IMG/VR virus record: IMGVR_UViG_3300032287_001394
Reading direction: 5' to 3' (one strand)
DNA: 64,000 nucleotides
Source of the DNA: a virus
Each line of letters starts with the position of its first letter. Positions within the stretch are counted from its first letter, which is position 1. Shown piece by piece: positions 28,140 to 36,118 of the stretch. The notes under the pieces are model-generated. The model was given only the letters and a program-made list of their open reading frames with translations. It did no database searches and was not told where the DNA came from. Made by a program: the position numbers and the translations under genes.

Positions 28140-29155
28140 ACGATAAAGTAATGACAGGTGTAATGTTCGGCGCAGCTATATCGCTGTCTGCTATCGCAGC
28201 GTGGTATTCAATCGCAGGACTAACAGCAATATTTGCTGCTGCAGTAGTGCCTATCATTATCATGGGTGGAATCTTAGAAGTATCTAAGTTAGTCGTAGCC
28301 TCATGGTTATATCGCAATTGGACAGAAGTCCCTAATACATTTAAAGTATACTTCACTGTAGCCGTTGTTATTTTAATGATGCTTACTTCTATGGGTATCT
28401 TTGGCTTCTTGTCTAAGGCACACTTAGATCAAGCAGTGCCAGCTGGTGACGTAACAGCGCAAGTTACTATATACGATGATAAGATCATGACAGAACGAGA
28501 TAATATAGCTGCTGCTCGTAAAGCTATATCCCAAATGGATGCACAAGTCGATCAGAAGCTATCAAGATCTACTGATGAGAAGGGTGCAGATAAAGCAGTA
28601 CAGATCAGACGTTCACAATCATCAGAACGTAAGAAGTTACAGAATGAGATATCAGAATCACAAAAGGCTATCGTTAAGCTACAAACAGAGCGTGCACCTA
28701 TAGCATCTCAAGCCCGTAAGATCGAGGCTGAGGTAGGTCCTATTAAGTATATCGCAGCATTAATCTATGGTGATACTCTTGATGCTAATGTACTTGAAAA
28801 GGCTGTCCGTTGGGTCATCATCATGATCGTACTGGTATTTGATCCATTGGCAGTACTCATGCTTGTGGCTGTCAACTGGTCTCTAAAAAAAAGACAACCT
28901 GAAGTAGAACTAGAAAATATAGAGCCTTGGCTTAATTATCCTATTGATCTACCAAAAAGGAAAGCAAAGCCTAAGAAGCGTAAATGGCTTGAACCAGAAC
29001 CAGAGTCTACACCTCTACCAGAACCAGAGGATCGTTATGATCCTGATGAGTATGTATCCCCAGCCAAGACCATAGAGCAAGAAGTAGACGAGCTCAATAA
29101 GCCTTTGAATTCATTGGAAAGATTGAAGCAGAAATACGGCGAACCTAACATCTAA
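28136..29155 (+). CDS. Multi-TM coiled-coil membrane protein
   Basis: TM segments, TSMGIFGFLSKAH, EVGPIKYIA, VFDPLAV. Confidence 0.75.
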   Translation: MNDKVMTGVMFGAAISLSAIAAWYSIAGLTAIFAAAVVPIIIMGGILEVSKLVVASWLYRNWTEVPNTFKVYFTVAVVILMMLTSMGIFGFLSKAHLDQAVPAGDVTAQVTIYDDKIMTERDNIAAARKAISQMDAQVDQKLSRSTDEKGADKAVQIRRSQSSERKKLQNEISESQKAIVKLQTERAPIASQARKIEAEVGPIKYIAALIYGDTLDANVLEKAVRWVIIMIVLVFDPLAVLMLVAVNWSLKKRQPEVELENIEPWLNYPIDLPKRKAKPKKRKWLEPEPESTPLPEPEDRYDPDEYVSPAKTIEQEVDELNKPLNSLERLKQKYGEPNI

Positions 29156-29159
29156 TCAT

Positions 29160-29167
29160 TATAAATA
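29160..29167 (+). promoter_or_regulatory. Late promoter heading the curli locus
   Basis: TATAAATA 4 nt before ATG 29172. Confidence 0.8.
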
Positions 29168-29171
29168 GAAT

Positions 29172-29450
29172 ATGGGAGAGATATTCAAACTTATAGCAGA
29201 CGTAGGATTTCCAATAGCCGGAGCATGTGCGGCAGGTTACTTTGTATTCCTTACAGTTAGGTTTATCCTTGAAGGTGTTACTGGATCCGTAAAAGGTATG
29301 TCTGGTATCATCAAAGCTTTGGATAGAAGAGTAGCAGCTATGAATCATGATGTTATTCGCATCGACACTAAAGTATCTCATGCATTAGGTATCCCACCAG
29401 ATTTAGATAGAATTGCAAGAGCTGAGCAATCGGACGCTAGGAGAGACTAG
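29172..29450 (+). CDS. Small single-TM protein (paralog 1)
   Basis: VGFPIAG...GYFV TM followed by a helical tail. Confidence 0.75.
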   Translation: MGEIFKLIADVGFPIAGACAAGYFVFLTVRFILEGVTGSVKGMSGIIKALDRRVAAMNHDVIRIDTKVSHALGIPPDLDRIARAEQSDARRD

Positions 29451-29719
29451 TGGAAGACTTAGCAGATTTAATTAATAAGTATGGGTTTCCCATTATTGCG
29501 GCAGGCGGGTTAGGGTACTTCGTCTACTATGTTTGGAAATGGGTAACTGAAGAAATTGACCCTGTTATAGGTGAATCTAATAAAGTTTTAATTGAACTAA
29601 TCGATCGTATCAGGATGTTAGATAACGACTTGATTAGACTCAATCAAAAAGTGAACGTCATTTTATCTTTAAGAGAGAAGGAACAAAATGAAGCTCACGA
29701 CAAGGATACTAAGTCTTAG
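29450..29719 (+). CDS. Small single-TM protein (paralog 2)
   Basis: YGFPIIA...GYFV; DRIRMLDNDLIRL mirrors DRRVAAMNHDVIRI of paralog 1. Confidence 0.75.
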   Translation: MEDLADLINKYGFPIIAAGGLGYFVYYVWKWVTEEIDPVIGESNKVLIELIDRIRMLDNDLIRLNQKVNVILSLREKEQNEAHDKDTKS

Positions 29720-30140
29720 TATTTTATTGACAGGTTTTGCTGTTCAAGCACAACCGCTCCCTGATTATACATTCAAGAGCCCATCATTTAACGGTAATGG
29801 GTACTCTGCACACGTCTTGACTATTGAGAACCAAGAACACAATCGCAGAGATGCTATTGAAAAAGAAATCCAAGCAGCTCTTGATAAAGAAAAGAACGAA
29901 GCAAAGAATACGAATATATCTAAGTTCCTTAACAACCTAGAATCCCGTATCTATGCACAGATTTCTCAAAACGTGGCGACTGCCATGTTTGCAGATGGTG
30001 GTAGTAATGCCGGCACATTAAACTTTGAAGGCAACATCATCAATTGGACAAAGAGCTCTACTGAGATAACTCTTAACGTGACTGATTATGTAGGTAGCAG
30101 CACGTCTATATCAATACCATTAGGATCATTTCAGTTCTAA
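29688..30140 (+). CDS. csgF: Curli assembly protein CsgF
   Basis: Signal peptide, YTFKSPSFNGNG N-terminal CsgF-type motif, adjacent to csgG. Confidence 0.85.
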   Translation: MKLTTRILSLSILLTGFAVQAQPLPDYTFKSPSFNGNGYSAHVLTIENQEHNRRDAIEKEIQAALDKEKNEAKNTNISKFLNNLESRIYAQISQNVATAMFADGGSNAGTLNFEGNIINWTKSSTEITLNVTDYVGSSTSISIPLGSFQF

Positions 30141-30961
30141 TGAAACATTTTTTAATAATACTATCGCTTCTAGTTTTATCTGGTTGCGCGACTTCTACAG
30201 TTATTAAAGATGTAGAGAAACCTCTCATCTCTAAAAACTTAATGCAAAAGGAATTCGACATGCTTCCTGGCCCACATGGCAAGAAGCTATCTATTGCTGT
30301 ATATAGTTTTGCTGATAAGACTGGTCAGAGAAAACCAAGTGCTAACGTAGCTCAACTATCGACGGCAGTTACACAAGGTGCTGATGCATTCCTCATCAAG
30401 GCATTACAAGATGTGGGTAAAGGTCAGTGGTTTGATGTTGTCGAACGAGTTGGCTTGGATAGTCTAACTAAAGAGCGTCAGCTGATTCGCCAAATGCGCG
30501 AAGCTTACGAGGGTGACAAAGCCAAGCCTCTATCTCCCATGATGTTTGCGGGAATTATATTAGAAGGTGGTATCGTAGGATATGATTCATCGACAAGGTC
30601 TGGTGGATCTGCGATGAGGATGTTGGGCATTGGCCCACAAACACAATATTCTGAGGATATAGTAACTATCAGCTTAAGAGCTGTTAGTGTGAATTCAGGA
30701 AAAGTTTTAGTATCAGTGACAGTGCAGAAGACGGTTTATTCTGCTGCTGACAGCTTAGCGATGTTGAAGTTCGTTAAGAATGGAACACAAGCATTTGAAT
30801 TGGAGACAGGATTAACTATCAACGAGCCAGGTACATTAGCTGTTAAAGCTGCTGTTGAGGCTGCAGTTGTTGAGCTTATTAAAGAAGGAGAGAAGAAAGG
30901 TGTATGGGAGTTCTCATATCCTTATGTCGCTCCAGAAAATAAAATAGAGGAGACAAAATAG
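30140..30961 (+). CDS. csgG: Curli secretion channel CsgG
   Basis: LSGC lipobox; AVYSFADKTGQRK, STAVTQGA, WFDVVERVGLDSLTKERQLIR, EGGIVGYD. Confidence 0.95.
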   Translation: MKHFLIILSLLVLSGCATSTVIKDVEKPLISKNLMQKEFDMLPGPHGKKLSIAVYSFADKTGQRKPSANVAQLSTAVTQGADAFLIKALQDVGKGQWFDVVERVGLDSLTKERQLIRQMREAYEGDKAKPLSPMMFAGIILEGGIVGYDSSTRSGGSAMRMLGIGPQTQYSEDIVTISLRAVSVNSGKVLVSVTVQKTVYSAADSLAMLKFVKNGTQAFELETGLTINEPGTLAVKAAVEAAVVELIKEGEKKGVWEFSYPYVAPENKIEETK

Positions 30962-31744
30962 ATGAACAACTATTTAAAGATAATGGTTGCGATGATATTT
31001 TCGGCGTCTGCATTCGCAGCAGACAATAGTATCTACATTGACCAATCAGGTGATAATTCTACTATTGATATCACTCAAACGGGTGCTGGTAACGTTATTC
31101 GTGGGATTCAAGGAGTTGGTACTGGTAATACAACGCCAGCTAAGATCTATGGTAATAATACTGCTATAGATATCCAACAAGTTGGTTCTACTAACACGTT
31201 AAACTTAGGTGTGAATACATCTACTGCAACTGGTAGAGCATACGGTATTGACTTAACATACTACGTGACTGGTAATTCTGGTACTGCTACTATTAACAGT
31301 AATAACTCTGGTACAGGTACTTCTGGATCTAACTTTATTGACGTAAGACAAACAGGCAACTCTGCAGGTATTAACTTAAATATCTTAGGTTCTAAGAATG
31401 ACTTTACTGCTGTAACATCAGGTGGTTCTGGTAATAGTATCACAGCATCAATTACTGCTGACGAGACTGTTAATAATATATCAATGACTGGTGGTGGTAG
31501 CAATACATTAACACAGACTACTACAAGTAATAAAGCAACAAACAATATTACTACACTTGGTGCAAGTAATGGTATAGTGTTAACACAGTCTGGTACAGCT
31601 GGAACTAATGGTCATGCATTTACATTAAATCTAACTGGTTCAAGTAATACATTAAACGTAACACAATCAGGTACTATTGATACCACAGTGAACTTACTTA
31701 GCAATGGTAGTGGTAATGCATGGAACATCACAACTGGAAATTAA
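30962..31744 (+). CDS. Curlin-repeat protein (CsgA/CsgB-like)
   Basis: Signal peptide then repeated N-x5-Q-x-G-x2-N units (NSIYIDQSGDNSTIDITQTGAGN). Confidence 0.8.
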   Translation: MNNYLKIMVAMIFSASAFAADNSIYIDQSGDNSTIDITQTGAGNVIRGIQGVGTGNTTPAKIYGNNTAIDIQQVGSTNTLNLGVNTSTATGRAYGIDLTYYVTGNSGTATINSNNSGTGTSGSNFIDVRQTGNSAGINLNILGSKNDFTAVTSGGSGNSITASITADETVNNISMTGGGSNTLTQTTTSNKATNNITTLGASNGIVLTQSGTAGTNGHAFTLNLTGSSNTLNVTQSGTIDTTVNLLSNGSGNAWNITTGN

Positions 31745-32835
31745 TAGTTCTACTCTTATTCGCTGTTAATTCATACGCAGCGATAGGAACTATTACTGAA
31801 CAAAGTAATACCGCTCCTAGCATATCGCGAAAGAGCGGTACACTTTCAGGCACAAAAGGTACAGGCGTTGAGATGTCTGATACCATCAAAACAACTCAAG
31901 GTAAAGTAGGTATTACCTTTGAAGATAAAACAAAAGTAGACATCACAGAAAACTCGAAGTTAGTTATCGATGAGTTCGTCTATGATCCAAATTCTAAGAA
32001 GGGCGGAAAGTTAGCCGTTAACATTGCATTAGGAACTGCACGATATGCTTCTGGTCAAATTGCGAAGAACAATCCGCAGAGCGTGGCGATTAATACTCCT
32101 ACGGCTACTGTCGCTGTCCGTGGTACAGACTTTACTGCTACTGTTGATGAGTTAGGTAGATCCACATTCATACTATTGCCTTCATGTCCAAAAGGTTGGA
32201 TTGACATAGAAAAAGACTGTAAGACTGGTAAGATCGAAGTTATTACGGATGAAGGTAAGGTTCTATTAGATAAAGCATTCCAAGCTACGAGGGTAGATTC
32301 AAAAGAAACAAGGCCATTCAAACCAGTCATCGTTAATCTGACAGAAGACATGATTAATAACCTATTGGTATTATCTCCTCCAAAAGAACTAAGAGAGACT
32401 GATAAAGATAGACAGCGAAATAGAGAATCTGCAAAGGGAGCACTTGATGTTGACTTCCTTGCAGAGAATAAACTAGTAGACGTACTAGCTAAAGAAGAGA
32501 AAGAGATGTACCAAGATAAGTTATCTCGTAACCTGTTAGATAATGACTTCCTTGCAAACGTATTAGACATCATTAATGCGCAACTAGCAGCACAACTAGA
32601 TTTACTTGGTAAGACAAAGACAGGTTTATTACCTGATTATGTACCAACTTCAGGTGTTACAGTTGAGGTCGATGATTTACAAGTTACATTATGTCGTGAG
32701 GCTGGTGGAGATACTCAATGCATTACGACTCCAAAAAACCAAAATACTACTGTGACACAGACACAAGGTCCAGTAGAAATTAAGAATAGGATTAATAACG
32801 GTGGCGGCACTACTATCAATACTACTCAGAATTAG
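31720..32835 (+). CDS. Exported FecR-domain protein
   Basis: Signal peptide; DTIKT...ITFEDKT...ENSKLVIDEFVYDP...TPTATVAVRGTDF. Confidence 0.85.
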   Translation: MEHHNWKLIVLLLFAVNSYAAIGTITEQSNTAPSISRKSGTLSGTKGTGVEMSDTIKTTQGKVGITFEDKTKVDITENSKLVIDEFVYDPNSKKGGKLAVNIALGTARYASGQIAKNNPQSVAINTPTATVAVRGTDFTATVDELGRSTFILLPSCPKGWIDIEKDCKTGKIEVITDEGKVLLDKAFQATRVDSKETRPFKPVIVNLTEDMINNLLVLSPPKELRETDKDRQRNRESAKGALDVDFLAENKLVDVLAKEEKEMYQDKLSRNLLDNDFLANVLDIINAQLAAQLDLLGKTKTGLLPDYVPTSGVTVEVDDLQVTLCREAGGDTQCITTPKNQNTTVTQTQGPVEIKNRINNGGGTTINTTQN

Positions 32836-34069
32836 TCTTGTATTCTTATTAATATTTAGTACTGTGGCTCAGGCTATAACTTACTCTCCTAATGGGACAT
32901 CAGGATTAAATCTTGTTTATAATGGTAATGATGATGATAATTCTTATACTGTCAATCTGCCTTGGTCAATTAATTTTTTAGGTACTAACTATAGTTCTGT
33001 TTATGTTGGTACAAATGGATATATCACTTTATCCTCACCTAATTCTACTTACTCAGGATTCTCTCCTTCCAATCCAGCTGGTCCACATATAAGCATATAT
33101 CCCGCAGATCGTAGACTATATAAATTGTATTATGCGCAAATAGATGCAGGTACTGCTCAAGCACGATTTGTTATCAGAGCGCAGGGTGTTGATTATTCTA
33201 ATGCCGCGGTCACCTATATATGGGAGGTTCATTTTTATCCAGGTTCATCATATTTTGATATCTACTTTGTAGATGCACCATCATCAGGCAACGCTGGAAC
33301 TACAGGTATTAGTAATGGATCTACTTATGTTTCAACGTTTACCACAACTGAATTAACAGGTATTCGTATTAATGCTAATGGAACACTTGATACCGGTGCA
33401 CCAGCGTATAGTTCATCTATCACTATTGCACAACAAGCACGTAAGAACTCTGAGACTGCTCAAAGGACATCTCAATCTGGTAATGAAATACAGATTGAGC
33501 AGATAGGTGATAATAACAACATTACGATAAGACAAGGTGTTAACGTTACTGGTAAGAATAGGATTGAGTTATACTCTAATGGTAATTATAATACGCTTAA
33601 CTTAAATCAAGGTTATACTACAACAGGAACAGTATCAATAGGAGATAGTAATAACCATTATCTTAATTTAAACTTAATAGGCAATAATAACACAGTAACA
33701 AAACAACAGACTGGTACAAATAACTTTTTAGAGACAACTATAAGTGGTAACAATAATAATGTTACTAATCTTCAACAGGGTACTAGTGGTAAGATATTAT
33801 TTCAGAGTGTGAGTGGTAATAGTAATACAGTGACTACTAATCAGAAGGATTCTGGTCAGCATTACTTGGATCTTAAGTTAACTGGGAATGGTCATAATGT
33901 AGGTGTAACTCAACAAGGAACAGGTAACCACGCTGCTACGATTGACTTGACTAATTCAGGCGGTGCAGCAACACTTAACCTTAACCAGTTAGGATCTACA
34001 AATCAGATATATAGTATACAACAAAGCTGTGTTAATGCTGCAGGCTGTTCAACAAACATTAGCCAATGA
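32801..34069 (+). CDS. Secreted protein: N-terminal globular domain plus C-terminal curlin repeats
   Basis: DDNSYTVNLPWSINFLG...VGTNGYI domain; NEIQIEQIGDNNNITIRQG-type repeats; C-terminal CVNAAGC. Confidence 0.75.
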   Translation: MAALLSILLRISLVFLLIFSTVAQAITYSPNGTSGLNLVYNGNDDDNSYTVNLPWSINFLGTNYSSVYVGTNGYITLSSPNSTYSGFSPSNPAGPHISIYPADRRLYKLYYAQIDAGTAQARFVIRAQGVDYSNAAVTYIWEVHFYPGSSYFDIYFVDAPSSGNAGTTGISNGSTYVSTFTTTELTGIRINANGTLDTGAPAYSSSITIAQQARKNSETAQRTSQSGNEIQIEQIGDNNNITIRQGVNVTGKNRIELYSNGNYNTLNLNQGYTTTGTVSIGDSNNHYLNLNLIGNNNTVTKQQTGTNNFLETTISGNNNNVTNLQQGTSGKILFQSVSGNSNTVTTNQKDSGQHYLDLKLTGNGHNVGVTQQGTGNHAATIDLTNSGGAATLNLNQLGSTNQIYSIQQSCVNAAGCSTNISQ

Positions 34070-34127
34070 TTGACCATGCCAAGATTAATGCGCCTAATGC
34101 TAATAAAAGTTCTAAAGTATATAACAT
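34059..34127 (-). CDS. 22-aa hydrophobic peptide (not in ORF track)
   Basis: Minus strand AAAGGAGAATAAC-ATG; MLYTLELLLALGALILAWSIIG*. Confidence 0.55.
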   Translation of the reverse strand: MLYTLELLLALGALILAWSIIG

Positions 34128-34207
34128 GTTATTCTCCTTTCTATATTACTTATAGGAATAATATGTGTTTCTTTATATTATGTTTTTATAAGCTTATTCC
34201 AGGAATG

Positions 34208-34215
34208 TATAAATA
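34208..34215 (+). promoter_or_regulatory. Late promoter
   Basis: TATAAATA 6 nt before ATG 34222. Confidence 0.75.
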
Positions 34216-34221
34216 AACAAA

Positions 34222-34965
34222 ATGAAAAAGTATAAAACCATTTGCATTTCCGATACACATCTTGGTTCTAAGGATGCAAAGGCTGATTTACTTAATAACT
34301 TCCTTAAGAACCATGAGTGTGATAACCTATTTTTAGTAGGCGATATCATAGATGGTTGGAAGATCCAACAGAATAAATGGAAGTGGAAGCAAAGTCATAC
34401 TAACGTTATCCGTAGGATATTAGGTTATGCTAAACGCGGAACTAAAGTTACGTATGTGACAGGTAATCATGATGAGTTTATTAGACCATTTGTTAATCAA
34501 TTTTCTCTTGGTTCTATTACTATATGCAACCAAGCAGAGTACAGAGGCATTGATGGAAATCTATTCTTAGTAACACATGGCGACATGTTTGATGGCATTA
34601 CAAGAGTTGGCAAATGGATCGGGTTTCTTGGCGATACAGCTTATGACTGTGTATTATGGATCAACACTAAGTTTAATTACATAAGACATAGGTTAGGGTT
34701 TGGTTATTGGTCGTTAAGTAAGTTTCTTAAACATCAAGTAAAGAAAGCGATAGATTTTGTATTCAAATTCGAAGAAAACCTTGCAGGATACTGCGAACGA
34801 AAAAACTTTGACGGAGTTATTTGCGGGCATATCCATACTGCATCGATTAAGTCTATCAATGGAATAATCTATATGAACGACGGAGATTGGGTAGAATCAT
34901 GTTCAGCTCTAGTAGAACATGAAGATGGTAAATGGGAAATAATTTATTGGAATAAAATAATATGA
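34222..34965 (+). CDS. plcP: PlcP-like phospholipase C (LpxH-related metallophosphoesterase)
   Basis: SDTHLG, GDIIDGW, GNHDE, HGD, YWSLSKFLK, CGHIH, NDGDWVESCSALVEH. Confidence 0.8.
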   Translation: MKKYKTICISDTHLGSKDAKADLLNNFLKNHECDNLFLVGDIIDGWKIQQNKWKWKQSHTNVIRRILGYAKRGTKVTYVTGNHDEFIRPFVNQFSLGSITICNQAEYRGIDGNLFLVTHGDMFDGITRVGKWIGFLGDTAYDCVLWINTKFNYIRHRLGFGYWSLSKFLKHQVKKAIDFVFKFEENLAGYCERKNFDGVICGHIHTASIKSINGIIYMNDGDWVESCSALVEHEDGKWEIIYWNKII

Positions 34966-35093
34966 AAGTAAAAAAATTAGTACGCAAGATGTATCTAGCA
35001 TGTGTTAGACACCAAAAGAAGAAGCAAAAGAAACTTTGGTTTAAAGCATTGAAGAAAAGTTTACAACATAAGAAGACGCAAATCATACAATGA
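34962..35093 (+). CDS. 43-aa very basic peptide (not in ORF track)
   Basis: MKVKKLVRKMYLACVRHQKKKQKKLWFK...; ATGA overlaps on both sides. Confidence 0.65.
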   Translation: MKVKKLVRKMYLACVRHQKKKQKKLWFKALKKSLQHKKTQIIQ

Positions 35094-36082
35094 AGATATT
35101 AATAGTAACAGACAATTTAAGAGATCAAGTCAATGGCGTTGTCACCACATACAAAAATATTGAGGATCATGCTGTTTCTGCTGGCCATAGTATTGTTTAT
35201 TTTGATCCCCGGCAGTTCCGTCATATTGATTGTCCTTTTTATCCTGAGGTCAAACTTTCCATTCCTTCGTACTTTATCAGTAAGATTAAGAAGATGGGTG
35301 CGGATCGCATTCACATCGCGACAGAAGGTCCGCTAGGACTATTTGCAAAGTTCTACTGTGACGCAAACAAGATACCATACACCACAGCGTATCATACTAA
35401 GTTTCCAGAATTCTTAAAAAAATTACTATGGATACCTACATCTATCACATATAGGTATCTTAAATGGTTTCACAAGTATTCTAAGGCTACACTAGTCCCT
35501 TCACAATCAATGAAAGATGAGCTAGAATCAAAAGGATTTAAAAACTTAGTTACTTGGACAAGAGGTGTATCACACGAACTAATAACTAAGAGGACTACTT
35601 CTAAAAACAATCAACCACTAAAAGTATTATACGTAGGGCGCGTATCTAAAGAAAAGAACTTAGAAGACTTATGTAAGTTACAAGATGTCTATGATATCAC
35701 TATTGTAGGTGATGGCCCAACATTAAATGATTTAATTCGCAAGTATAGAAAAGTTTATTTTACTGGATATAAGTTTGGAGAAGAGTTATCTAAGATCTAT
35801 TCTGAGAACGATGTATTTGCCTTCCCATCTTTAACAGATACATTTGGTATAGTCATCATTGAAGCAATGTGTAATGGATTGCCAGTGGCAGCATATAGAG
35901 TAACCGGTCCACAGGATATAGTCGAGTATGGAGTTACAGGATACCTAAGTATGTATGGTAATGGGTTAGATTCTTCTATAGAAAAGTGTAGGTCATTAGA
36001 TAATATTAAAGTCCAAGATCTATCTGTTAATAAGTGGACGTGGAAAAACTGTTATGATATATTCATTAACACAATAAAATAA
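35090..36082 (+). CDS. GT4 glycosyltransferase, Agt-like glycolipid synthase
   Basis: QVNGVV, IHIATEGPLG, TTAYHTKFPE, YVGRVSKEKN, FPSLTDTFGIVIIEAM. Confidence 0.85.
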   Translation: MKILIVTDNLRDQVNGVVTTYKNIEDHAVSAGHSIVYFDPRQFRHIDCPFYPEVKLSIPSYFISKIKKMGADRIHIATEGPLGLFAKFYCDANKIPYTTAYHTKFPEFLKKLLWIPTSITYRYLKWFHKYSKATLVPSQSMKDELESKGFKNLVTWTRGVSHELITKRTTSKNNQPLKVLYVGRVSKEKNLEDLCKLQDVYDITIVGDGPTLNDLIRKYRKVYFTGYKFGEELSKIYSENDVFAFPSLTDTFGIVIIEAMCNGLPVAAYRVTGPQDIVEYGVTGYLSMYGNGLDSSIEKCRSLDNIKVQDLSVNKWTWKNCYDIFINTIK

Positions 36083-36083
36083 T

Positions 36084-36112
36084 TTTACTTTAATTAAATA
36101 TAATAATATAAT
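36084..36112 (+). promoter_or_regulatory. Sigma70-type promoter
   Basis: TTTACT-17 nt-TATAAT, ATG 6 nt later. Confidence 0.7.
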
Positions 36113-36118
36113 ACTATT

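Noticed and set aside
34222-34965. True LpxH of lipid A synthesis
   Set aside because: Motifs and coupling to an Agt-like GT4 fit the PlcP subgroup better; not excluded without a phylogeny
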